Translations under genes and position numbers: made by a program
IMG/VR virus record: IMGVR_UViG_3300032218_003786
Span: 5,717 to 69,716 of that record
Direction: 5' to 3' (one strand)
DNA length: 64,000 bases
Source: a virus
Taxonomy: Duplodnaviria > Caudoviricetes
The notes under the pieces: model-generated
Told to the model about the DNA's origin: nothing
Seen by the model: the letters and a program-made list of their open reading frames with translations, nothing else
Databases searched by the model: none
Shown here: positions 55,613 to 64,000 of the stretch, one piece after another
How positions within the stretch are numbered: position 1 is the stretch's first letter
Layout of the letters: the number at the start of each line of letters is the position of its first letter

Positions 55613-55960
55613 ATGGCCATAATTATTTACGACATCTCTACGGAGCAAGGCAGCACGCTCTCCCGTGTTGTCACATATACGAATGCCGAGGGAAACCCGG
55701 TAAATTTGACAGGCTACACTGCCCGGATGCAGGTGCGCCCGCGTGCGACTTCTGGCCTTGCCTACCTCTCGCTAACGAGCCCGACTGGCGGGCTAACCCT
55801 GGGCGCAAGCACTGGCACCATCACTATATTGGTTGACGGAGCCATTACTTCAGAAATTCCATCCGGGAACTACGTGTACGACCTTGAAGTTGTTAACGGG
55901 GAGTACGTTGACAAGGTCATGGGCGGAAATTTTTTCCTTAGCGCCGAGGTGACTCGATGA
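55613..55960 (+). CDS. Tail fibre adaptor (BppU-N-like beta sandwich)
   Basis: QGST...NLTGYTARMQVR...YDLEV...EVT. Confidence 0.75.
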   Translation: MAIIIYDISTEQGSTLSRVVTYTNAEGNPVNLTGYTARMQVRPRATSGLAYLSLTSPTGGLTLGASTGTITILVDGAITSEIPSGNYVYDLEVVNGEYVDKVMGGNFFLSAEVTR

Positions 55961-56280
55961 GCCCGTTGTCAATTGTTGATGAGGGCGGAACAATTTCCGT
56001 CGTTCGCTCAACAAATACCGCACAAGTCCGACCATTTAATACCGCCGCTACGCCAGCACCGGCTGTCGTTAACGTTGGATCATCGTTTCAGTACTACGTA
56101 TTCAATCAAAATAGCCCATCAACGACCTGGACAATCACCCACAACCTTGGCCGGAGGCCAAGTGTCACCGTTGTTGACTCTGCAGGTACAGTAGTGGTTG
56201 GCGAAGTGACATATACCAGCGATAATGTCCTAACAATCCAGTTTTCCGCTGGGTTTAGCGGCCAAGCATATTTGAATTAG
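55957..56280 (+). CDS. Virion structural protein
   Basis: WTITHNLGRRPSVTVVDS; the same module ends 56290-58116. Confidence 0.75.
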   Translation: MSPLSIVDEGGTISVVRSTNTAQVRPFNTAATPAPAVVNVGSSFQYYVFNQNSPSTTWTITHNLGRRPSVTVVDSAGTVVVGEVTYTSDNVLTIQFSAGFSGQAYLN

Positions 56281-56289
56281 GAGACCCCC

Positions 56290-58116
56290 ATGGCAGTCAA
56301 GTTCCTTGCTAATGTAGACCTTCAGAAAAATGAGTTGCTTAATGCCGCCATTCAGAACTTGGCGACAGACCCAGCAAGCCCGGTACAGGGCCAGATTTAC
56401 TACAATACGGTTGCTGATGCAATCAAGGTTTGGGACGGCGCGGCCTGGCAGACCCTTGCAACTGGCGGCGGAACGGTTACCTCGGTAACTGGCTCGGGCG
56501 CAATTTCTTCGTCCGGCGGCAACACTCCAAACATCACCATTGCGGATGCCACAACAAGCGTCAAGGGCGCCGTAATGCTAAGCGATTCCACCAGCACGAC
56601 TAGCAGCATCCTTGCTGCTACGCCTACTGCTGTAAAGGCCGCCTACGACCTAGCCGCTGGCAAGGCAAGCACTGCTAACAAGTTGAGCGACTTTGCGGCA
56701 ACGACCTCCCTTGAACTGAAGGGAACCATCTCTGACGAAACCGGCTCTGGCGCTTTGGTATTTGCCACCAGCCCAACGTTGGTTACGCCAGTTCTTGGCA
56801 CGCCGTCAAGCGCAACGCTCACCAATGCAACTGGCTTGCCAATTAGCACTGGTGTTTCTGGCCTTGGAACTGGCGTTGCCACGTTCCTTGCCACGCCGTC
56901 TTCGGCAAACCTTATCTCTGCCATTACCGACGAGACCGGAACTGGCGCACTGGTATTTGCTAATACCCCAACGCTTGTTACGCCAACAATTGGCGTTGCC
57001 ACTGCAACATCCGTCAACAAGGTAGCCATTACGGCTCCTGCAACAAGCGCAACTCTTACGCTTGCTGACGGCAGCACGCTTGCAACCTCCGGTGCATATG
57101 GCGTTACGCTTACCGCAACCGGCACAACTGCGCTTACGCTTCCAACTTCAGGAACACTTGCCACGCAGGCATATGTTGACGGCGTTGCCACCGGCCTTGA
57201 TGTTAAGGCTTCGGTCCGAGCGGCAACCACCGCAAACATTACCCTGAGCGGAACGCAAACAATTGACGGTGTTGCCGTCATTGCTGGTAACCGAGTCCTC
57301 GTAAAGAATCAGTCCACCGCTGCGCAGAACGGCATTTACGTTGCCGCTGCTGGTGCATGGAGCCGTGCAACAGATGCAGACACCGATGCAGAAGTAACTT
57401 CTGGTTTGTTCACCTTTGTTGAAGAGGGTACCGCAAACGCAGACAGCGGCTGGGTTGTGCAAACAGAGAATCCAATTACGGTTGGAACAACTTCCCTTGC
57501 CTTTGTGCAGTTCTCTGGCGCTGGCCAGATCACTGCGGGAGAAGCCCTTACAAAGACCGGCAACACGCTTGATGTTGCTGTTGATGGCTCAACAATTGAA
57601 GTTAGCGCCGATGCGTTGCGCGTCAAGGATTCCGGTATCACTGCCGCCAAACTTGCCACAAGCGCTGTTGACCTTGCTGGAACAAAGATCACTGGAACGT
57701 TGGGCCTTACCAACGGTGGTACTGGTGGAACTAGCGCATCAACCGCACGCACCTCGCTTGGCCTTGCGATTGGCTCAGACGTTCAGGCATACAACTCAAC
57801 CCTGGCCGCAGTGGCTGGCGGAACGTATGCCGGCGACAATGACATTGTCACTGTCGGCACAATCTCTGCTGGTACGTGGCAGGGTACGGCAATTGCCTCG
57901 ACCTACGGCGGAGCGCTTCGTTACAACACGAGCGCAACCTGGACCGCAGGCGAATCAAAGACCATTACCCACAGCCTTGGCACCAAGGCTGTACAGGTTG
58001 CCATTTATGACTCGTCAGATGTGCAGGTCTTTGCGGACGTCACAACCGCAACCACCAACACGTTGACTGTTGTTATCAGCCTTGCAGGAACTTACCGAGT
58101 CGTGGTTAACGGGTAA
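56290..58116 (+). CDS. Tail fibre protein, 608 aa
   Basis: Thr/Ala/Gly-rich; DVKASVRAATTANITLSG...RVLVKNQ...QNGIY module. Confidence 0.85.
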   Translation: MAVKFLANVDLQKNELLNAAIQNLATDPASPVQGQIYYNTVADAIKVWDGAAWQTLATGGGTVTSVTGSGAISSSGGNTPNITIADATTSVKGAVMLSDSTSTTSSILAATPTAVKAAYDLAAGKASTANKLSDFAATTSLELKGTISDETGSGALVFATSPTLVTPVLGTPSSATLTNATGLPISTGVSGLGTGVATFLATPSSANLISAITDETGTGALVFANTPTLVTPTIGVATATSVNKVAITAPATSATLTLADGSTLATSGAYGVTLTATGTTALTLPTSGTLATQAYVDGVATGLDVKASVRAATTANITLSGTQTIDGVAVIAGNRVLVKNQSTAAQNGIYVAAAGAWSRATDADTDAEVTSGLFTFVEEGTANADSGWVVQTENPITVGTTSLAFVQFSGAGQITAGEALTKTGNTLDVAVDGSTIEVSADALRVKDSGITAAKLATSAVDLAGTKITGTLGLTNGGTGGTSASTARTSLGLAIGSDVQAYNSTLAAVAGGTYAGDNDIVTVGTISAGTWQGTAIASTYGGALRYNTSATWTAGESKTITHSLGTKAVQVAIYDSSDVQVFADVTTATTNTLTVVISLAGTYRVVVNG

Positions 58117-58136
58117 GAAGCAATAGGGTACTTATG

Positions 58137-58169
58137 AAAGGGGTTGGGCTTGCGCCCAGCCCCTTTTTA
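58137..58169 (+). terminator. Intrinsic terminator
   Basis: aaaggggttgggc / gcccagcccc followed by ttttt. Confidence 0.85.
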
Positions 58170-58225
58170 TACCCATCGGGCCGCGCTGCTGTTGCGTTGG
58201 CTGAAGCAGAAGGTATAATCCTTTC

Positions 58226-59149
58226 ATGCCAAAGTTTGTTAGCACCTTAAGGAATGCAGAACTATCTTCTGACCCAACGGCGGCTGAGGGTACGTTTTAC
58301 TACAATAGTTACACCGATGAGTTAAAACTCAAGGGCGCCTCTGCGTGGGCTGCAATCGGCTCCTCAACAACGGTAGAGATGCCAACTGGATCAGTTTCCA
58401 CTTGGGTTGGATCTCCATCAACAGTGCCAAGCGGTTGGCTATTTTGCGATGGTTCTGCTGTTTCCAGAACAACCTACTCTGCGCTGTTTGCAATTGTCAG
58501 CACTTACTTTGGCGCGGGGGACGGAACAACAACGTTTAACCTTCCAGACTTTAGGGCGTTGTCCCTGGTTGGGGCCATTAGTTCAAATGCTGGTGTTGCT
58601 GTTGGGAATTCATCAAAGACGTGGACCGTTGGTACAAACGACCCATTTACTTCTTTATCCCACAGCACGGATACATGGGCGCATACACACACCTTCACCG
58701 ATGACTCACAGGGAGCCCATACGCATGCCCTAGATCACACCACAAGCACAACGTTTAGTAGCGCGACTACAATATCCGGCCACACGCATACATATACGGC
58801 AACATGTGCAACCAATGGGCATTCGCACACCATTGGCGATCTGGGGGCATCTAGCGGAACAATTAGCGTTAACGCAACTAATGATATTAACGCCGCCATC
58901 TCCCACACGCACACTGTTTCAAACATCACTGGGGGAAATTCACATTCGCACACCGTTACGGAGGGGTGCTCTACTACTGGTGGCCATACCCATACGTACA
59001 CTGGATCAACCCCATCGTATACTGGAACTTCCGGAAGCAGCGGAACCCACTCGCACGGAGGAACTATGGCAGCAGACGGCACGGCATCACATGTGCACGA
59101 TTCGCACTCGGCAAACCGCTCTCGTGTTTGGTATGTGGTGAAATCATGA
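58226..59149 (+). CDS. Tail collar domain fibre with HxH repeats, copy 1
   Basis: PSGWLFCDGSAVSRTTYSALF...TFNLPDFR; about 9 HxH. Confidence 0.9.
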   Translation: MPKFVSTLRNAELSSDPTAAEGTFYYNSYTDELKLKGASAWAAIGSSTTVEMPTGSVSTWVGSPSTVPSGWLFCDGSAVSRTTYSALFAIVSTYFGAGDGTTTFNLPDFRALSLVGAISSNAGVAVGNSSKTWTVGTNDPFTSLSHSTDTWAHTHTFTDDSQGAHTHALDHTTSTTFSSATTISGHTHTYTATCATNGHSHTIGDLGASSGTISVNATNDINAAISHTHTVSNITGGNSHSHTVTEGCSTTGGHTHTYTGSTPSYTGTSGSSGTHSHGGTMAADGTASHVHDSHSANRSRVWYVVKS

Positions 59150-60060
59150 CACAGGTATTGTCTAGCATTAAATTGCCAATTTCTACGCAAGCAGCAATTG
59201 AGATAGGAACTTGGCCAACTGGTTCAATTTACTACGACAGCGTTACAAGCAGCATGCGGTTTTATGATGGAACCTCTTGGTCCACCGTCGGCTCTTCTTC
59301 CACAATTGACATGCCTATTGGCTCCGTTCAGCCGTGGCTTGGTGCTTCTGCCCCATCGGGCTGGCTTCTCTGCACGGGTCAAGCGGTATCAAGGTCAACG
59401 TATTCATCTTTGTTTTCTATTGTTTCTACCCGATTTGGCACTGGTGATGGAACAACAACATTCAACCTTCCGGACCTCCAGGGATATCAGGTAGTTGGAG
59501 CGGCTGCTGGATCTGGAAATATTGATAGCACTGGAACTTTTAGGGCAGGGATAACTGACTCTTATTCAGTAGCGTCCCATAGTGGAACCGCTGCGGCTCA
59601 CTCGCACTCTTTTACTTACACTGCATTTACTGAAACACAGCACGATTATACCCATTCCCATACCGCAACAGTCCCCGAAACTACCGTAACGCTTACGGCT
59701 CACACATATACAGACACTTCAAATGGCGGACAGAGCCATACGCACACGCCGTCAAGCGCAACGGGCGCAAGCCAGACAGCCACTGCAACTGGCAGTATCA
59801 GGGCATCTTCTGGGCATACACATGCTGCCCCTACAGTTACTACAGATACTCATACTCACGGAGTCACAACGGCGTCTTGGTCGGCGCACACGGCACATCG
59901 GCATAGCCCAGTATTTAGCCTTGCAACTTCTGGCAATACCTCATCTGCATCACCAAGCACGCACAATCACACCGCAACCCCATCAAGCGACGGGTCCCAC
60001 GCGCACACAAGCCATGACTATAAAACATACATGGTTCACTATATTATTAAGGCGGCTTAG
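59146..60060 (+). CDS. Tail collar domain fibre with HxH repeats, copy 2
   Basis: PSGWLLCTGQAVSRSTYSSLF...TFNLPDLQG; ATGA overlap start. Confidence 0.9.
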   Translation: MTQVLSSIKLPISTQAAIEIGTWPTGSIYYDSVTSSMRFYDGTSWSTVGSSSTIDMPIGSVQPWLGASAPSGWLLCTGQAVSRSTYSSLFSIVSTRFGTGDGTTTFNLPDLQGYQVVGAAAGSGNIDSTGTFRAGITDSYSVASHSGTAAAHSHSFTYTAFTETQHDYTHSHTATVPETTVTLTAHTYTDTSNGGQSHTHTPSSATGASQTATATGSIRASSGHTHAAPTVTTDTHTHGVTTASWSAHTAHRHSPVFSLATSGNTSSASPSTHNHTATPSSDGSHAHTSHDYKTYMVHYIIKAA

Positions 60061-61017
60061 ATGTCAGTTACATTTGTTACGCCATTGACGCTACCAGTAG
60101 CCTCTTCCGATCAGGCAAACAACCTCGGCCAAATGTATTTCAACTCAACAACAAAAAAAATCCGAGTGTACAAAAACTCAGGCTGGTCAGACGTTGGCTC
60201 CTCTGCGTCTGGATCTTCCGGAAAATCTGGAATGGTTACCTCTTGGGCAGGATCTCATGGAAACGCTCCTTCGGGATGGCTACTCTGCGATGGTTCTGCC
60301 GTTTCTAGAACAACATACGCAGACCTTTTTACGGTGATTGGGACAAATTTTGGAACAGGCAATGGCACAACAACTTTTAACCTTCCTAATTATCATGATT
60401 ATTGGCTTGTTGGCGCACCTTCTTCATTAACAACTGCCCCAAACCCTTCTGGACTTCCGGCCAGTTGGTCAGTAGCAAGCGGAACAAGTTTCTACGAATC
60501 CTTTTCCCACTCAACCAACGGGGCTCACTCATCACACTCGACTAGCATGACTTCCGGCGGAGGTCATAGCCATACCGGAACGCATTCCCATAGCACGACA
60601 GCAAATACAAGTGGGTCTGACAATGACGGGAGCCACACAGTTGATGGGGTCTTTAACTCTGCTGGCGCGGCGCATACGCATTCGGTAACAAGCGGACAAC
60701 CATCCGCAAACAATGTTGTTTTGGGCGGCGGAGCAACAACAGTTTCGCAATCCACCCACACGCATGTTGTATCATTTGCCTCAGGGGGGGCCACTTCTAA
60801 CCACGTTGTTGCAACCACTTCGTATTCAGGAACAGCCTCACACGGCGGGGCGCACACGCATACGGGCGCTTCGGCAACATCGGATTCTCAAGGTGCAACC
60901 TCTGGTTCAAACTCCAGCCATACCCACACGATGTCTGCCCTGGCGAGCAGTGGCGGTCATGCCCACGCAACGCATGACCCAAAGTATCAAAAGTTGTATT
61001 ATATTATTAAGACATAA
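60061..61017 (+). CDS. Tail collar domain fibre with HxH repeats, copy 3
   Basis: PSGWLLCDGSAVSRTTYADLF...TFNLPNY. Confidence 0.9.
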   Translation: MSVTFVTPLTLPVASSDQANNLGQMYFNSTTKKIRVYKNSGWSDVGSSASGSSGKSGMVTSWAGSHGNAPSGWLLCDGSAVSRTTYADLFTVIGTNFGTGNGTTTFNLPNYHDYWLVGAPSSLTTAPNPSGLPASWSVASGTSFYESFSHSTNGAHSSHSTSMTSGGGHSHTGTHSHSTTANTSGSDNDGSHTVDGVFNSAGAAHTHSVTSGQPSANNVVLGGGATTVSQSTHTHVVSFASGGATSNHVVATTSYSGTASHGGAHTHTGASATSDSQGATSGSNSSHTHTMSALASSGGHAHATHDPKYQKLYYIIKT

Positions 61018-61026
61018 GGAGAAAGT

Positions 61027-61386
61027 ATGACTCAGCGACTTATCACCATTGCCATCAATTATGAAGAGGCCGACGAGCAGTCGGTTGCTTTGGCGCTTGC
61101 CGCCCTTCACGGTGGCTCTGCCACCGCCATTGAAGACGCAGTTACCATTATTGCCCAGAAATGGCAGTCAATAGAAACGGCAACGGTTCCCCATTGGTCG
61201 TGCTCAACGCAGCAAAACTGGATGACGCAACAGGAGGAAATTACGCGGCTGTACCGAGCAATGGAAGATCATGTGTGTAGTTGTTGTCACCAATCAACAG
61301 AACCCCCTCCCGGGTCAACCACATTCGTAAGGGGTACATGCCCCCCAGGACATAACTGCGCTGTCTGCGCAGACACAATTGCATAA
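61027..61386 (+). CDS. Hypothetical protein, possible fibre assembly factor
   Basis: AAGGAG RBS; Cys-rich C-terminus. Confidence 0.7.
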   Translation: MTQRLITIAINYEEADEQSVALALAALHGGSATAIEDAVTIIAQKWQSIETATVPHWSCSTQQNWMTQQEEITRLYRAMEDHVCSCCHQSTEPPPGSTTFVRGTCPPGHNCAVCADTIA

Positions 61387-61395
61387 GGAGCAATC

Positions 61396-61596
61396 ATGGC
61401 AGCAAAAGTAGCGACAAAAAATAACAAGATGAAGCACGATGCACACAAGCCAGTGCTTACCGAGCGTATATGCGTGCAGTGCAGAGAGCCAATAATGTCT
61501 AACGAAGTTACCTTAATGCGTGTAATTTCATTCAACGGAGCAAAGAGATCGAACTCTTGGAACGAATTTCATCGAAAGCATCTACCTAAAATCTAG
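61396..61596 (+). CDS. Small basic protein
   Basis: AAGGAG RBS; CVQC. Confidence 0.7.
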   Translation: MAAKVATKNNKMKHDAHKPVLTERICVQCREPIMSNEVTLMRVISFNGAKRSNSWNEFHRKHLPKI

Positions 61597-61681
61597 TAGA
61601 TTTCTTGCGTGAAAAACGGAGATTGCCTACTTGTTGAGTAAGTAATCTGCGTATTGTTTAATGCTTGTGGAAAGGGGACCC

Positions 61682-62965
61682 ATGAGCACCAAAACAATGA
61701 CCCTGCTTTGCACTATATGGCTAATTGTAATGACCCTTGCGGTCTATATGGCGCCGTCACTTGTGCGGGCGTCAGAACAATCTGTAATTGTTGACCAGAC
61801 AAGGGATTACTTTGTTGTAGTCAGCGAGCCTGGAATTTTTACCGCAGTCACATTCCTATGTGATACGCCAGAAATATTGTGGTGCCCGCGCCCAGAGCAA
61901 GGCGGCCATTTTGTTGACTCTGCTCTGTGGTTGTATGACGAAACGGGATTGATTATTGCCATTAGCGACGACAATGGCGTTTCTTACGCGTCCGCAATCA
62001 ACATCTACCTTGAGCCCGCCGTGTACCGGTTGCGCGCTGGCCGGTATGGACCATGCAACCCCTCAGGTTGCATGCACCCAGAGCAGCCATTTGTTGTGGG
62101 CGGATATTACGAACTTGTTGCTAGTTTGTCGCTGTTGCTTGACCCTAATCCGCCAGTAGCGTCACCGCCGCCAATCCCGTCCACTCTTCCAACGCCTGAT
62201 CCCACCCCAACGCCGGAACCAACACCAGAACCAACTATTGCTCCAACTCCGGAGCCGACACCAACCCCGACTCCGGAGCCTACCCCAACTCCAACAGAGG
62301 AGCCAACCAATGAACCAACTCCAACTCCTACTCTTGAGCCTACTCCTACCCCTACTCCCGAGCCGACTCCAACGCCTCCTCCTACGCCGACTTCCGAGCC
62401 ATCTCCTTCTCCAACTCCGACTAGAACGCCTCAGCCAACGCCTTCGCCAAGTCCAACACCGGAACCATCCGTGGAGCCTTCGCCAACTCCTAGCAGCGAA
62501 CCTAGTGACGATATTCCTCCTAGCCCTGAGCCTAGCCCTCAGCCCACAGAGCCCCCTTTCATCGATCCTGGGGCTGCAATAGATTCAGCGGTTGAAGCCA
62601 TTGGTGAGGCCGCAGCAACGGTTGGCGAGGCAATTGACAATGTTTCTACGGCTGCCGCCGAGGCCGTAGCCGCTGTTTTTGATGCAGCAGGCGCTGCTGT
62701 GGATACTGTGAGTAATCTAGGTAAAGATATATCTGAAGAAGAAAAAGCGCAGGATCGACCAGTTATTGTCGCCGCAGTTATCGTTTCACAAATTGCCGGA
62801 GCAGCAGCAAGAAGTGCGATGAGCGCACAGAGCAACTCCGGTGGTGGTTTTAGCGGCGGCGGTGACAAGCCAAGCGGATCAAAGCGCGGTCCACGCAACT
62901 CTAAGTCGGAAAGCACTGGCAATAGTGAGCCAAAGAAGACGGGCCGAAAAGGCCGAAAGGTATAA
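61682..62965 (+). CDS. Membrane/secreted protein with a PPC-like domain and a Pro/Thr/Glu linker
   Basis: Hydrophobic N-terminus; [20 protein letters not shown]...YRL; (PTP)n tract; C-terminal hydrophobic segment. Confidence 0.8.
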   Translation: MSTKTMTLLCTIWLIVMTLAVYMAPSLVRASEQSVIVDQTRDYFVVVSEPGIFTAVTFLCDTPEILWCPRPEQGGHFVDSALWLYDETGLIIAISDDNGVSYASAINIYLEPAVYRLRAGRYGPCNPSGCMHPEQPFVVGGYYELVASLSLLLDPNPPVASPPPIPSTLPTPDPTPTPEPTPEPTIAPTPEPTPTPTPEPTPTPTEEPTNEPTPTPTLEPTPTPTPEPTPTPPPTPTSEPSPSPTPTRTPQPTPSPSPTPEPSVEPSPTPSSEPSDDIPPSPEPSPQPTEPPFIDPGAAIDSAVEAIGEAAATVGEAIDNVSTAAAEAVAAVFDAAGAAVDTVSNLGKDISEEEKAQDRPVIVAAVIVSQIAGAAARSAMSAQSNSGGGFSGGGDKPSGSKRGPRNSKSESTGNSEPKKTGRKGRKV

Positions 62966-62967
62966 AG

Positions 62968-63165
62968 ATGGAAAGAGTTAAGTTCTACCTACAGCAGATT
63001 ATAAACGAGGGCGTCGGACAGTCGTGGACGGTCTTTGGCCTTATGGTTGGATGGATTGTCCTGCCAGAGGGTGAGACAAGAGACTTTGTGGGTATTACCC
63101 TTGTTGTCCTTACGCTTATCTGGGCAGCAACAATGCCGCTACGAATTGATCGCCACGGGGACTAA
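62968..63165 (+). CDS. Small two-TM membrane protein
   Basis: Two hydrophobic segments flanking LPEG. Confidence 0.75.
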   Translation: MERVKFYLQQIINEGVGQSWTVFGLMVGWIVLPEGETRDFVGITLVVLTLIWAATMPLRIDRHGD

Positions 63166-63488
63166 TACCCCTCGACAACCTCAACGCCAGTTGAGAATGA
63201 AGCAAAGACCGGCATTCCCGACTGGATAAAAGCACCCTCTACGTTAAAGGAGATGTATTCGTCCGCCTCTGACCAGAAGTTGTCCTCGTCGTTTTCTGGT
63301 TCCCCAGAATTAACGTGGTCTTCCCTCATCTCCTTGGCCATGCGTGCGACCATCTTGGTGCGGTCATAGATAGCGACAATCTTTGGTCCGTCGCTGCCAT
63401 GAAAAATGTTCCCGTGACCGACTAGGCAGTCTTCCCAGCCGTCCGCATAGAGAACGTCGTCAATCTTTTCCACTACCTGCTTTGTCAT
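63162..63488 (-). CDS. Hypothetical phage protein
   Basis: ADGWEDCLVG...IYD...EYISFNVEGAF pattern; GGAGG RBS. Confidence 0.8.
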   Translation of the reverse strand: MTKQVVEKIDDVLYADGWEDCLVGHGNIFHGSDGPKIVAIYDRTKMVARMAKEMREDHVNSGEPENDEDNFWSEADEYISFNVEGAFIQSGMPVFASFSTGVEVVEGY

Positions 63489-63864
63489 CTGTTTGCCTCC
63501 AAATTGTTTCTTTCCTACATCGCCTACAACCGATGAATTGGTATCTGGGGTCTAGGGTCTTTCGACCATTGACATGTCCAGCCCCCTCAGCATACACATC
63601 CCCACAGGAAGTGCAAGTCCACCCCTTTGCAGCCTCAGGAACATGCAACTTATAAAACACAGTGGGGGTAACCGAAACACCACCTGCAACCTCCTGTACG
63701 GCATCTCCACCCTTAGTCTGAATATCCCATCCATCGTGCTTAAGTTCGCGAATCTCTGTTTCTAATTTTGCGTAATCTTGAATAAACTCTAAAAGCAATC
63801 GCTGGTCAACCCAGTTGTTCTTCTTGACCCTGAGTACTTCCAGTATCTTCTCTTGACGTTTCAA
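63460..63864 (-). CDS. Winged-HTH plus zinc ribbon protein
   Basis: IRELKHDGWDI; CTSC...CRRC. Confidence 0.75.
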   Translation of the reverse strand: MKRQEKILEVLRVKKNNWVDQRLLLEFIQDYAKLETEIRELKHDGWDIQTKGGDAVQEVAGGVSVTPTVFYKLHVPEAAKGWTCTSCGDVYAEGAGHVNGRKTLDPRYQFIGCRRCRKETIWRQTDDKAGSGKD

Positions 63865-64000
63865 TTGCTGTTTCCCCCTGTGCTTTGAGCAAGGTCTTCA
63901 TTTCTTCCCTAAGAACCTTTACAGCATAAGATAAGCCCCTCAAATAGGCAATCTTTGCAACCGCTTCGTCGGCAGCCATTTGCTCGGGCGGTTGCCCAGA

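Noticed and set aside
58226-61017. Diversity-generating retroelement or invertible fibre switch
   Set aside because: No reverse transcriptase, template/variable repeat pair or invertase; the paralogues are co-oriented and widely diverged.
1-64000. tRNA/rRNA genes, integrase, transposase, alternative genetic code
   Set aside because: None recognised by eye; very long ORFs are open in the standard code. tRNAscan-SE would be needed to exclude tRNAs.

Overview
The window looks like most of a tailed dsDNA phage genome (siphovirus-like, host not identifiable here), read in the standard code. Layout: (1) 1-8431, + strand, an array of about 20 small, mostly unknown genes split into units by a repeated intergenic element. 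The element runs terminator, in-register 7-bp NNTTATG tract, C/A-rich arm, fixed-spacing 37-bp promoter-like motif (10 copies), 5' hairpin, RBS. (2) 8546-18582, - strand: NTP-transferase, thioredoxin, SSB, RusA, DnaC-like loader, initiator, PD-(D/E)XK nuclease, annealing protein, HTH regulators, HNH, and a portal fused to a HAD domain. (3) A divergent promoter region with a near-perfect parS palindrome. (4) + strand head and tail genes: protease-Dps-scaffold fusion, capsid, connectors, an inverted three-gene insert, tail tube, -1 frameshifted chaperone, 5112-aa tape measure, 2635-aa tail tip protein, peptidase-holin fusion. (5) Terminase genes on the - strand, about 36 kb from the portal. (6) Tail fibre module with three His-x-His-rich collar paralogues and a Pro/Thr-rich membrane protein. 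The best novelty candidates are the cassette array, the protease-Dps fusion, the parS site and the tape-measure N-terminal cargo. All product calls come from visual motif recognition; no database searches were run.
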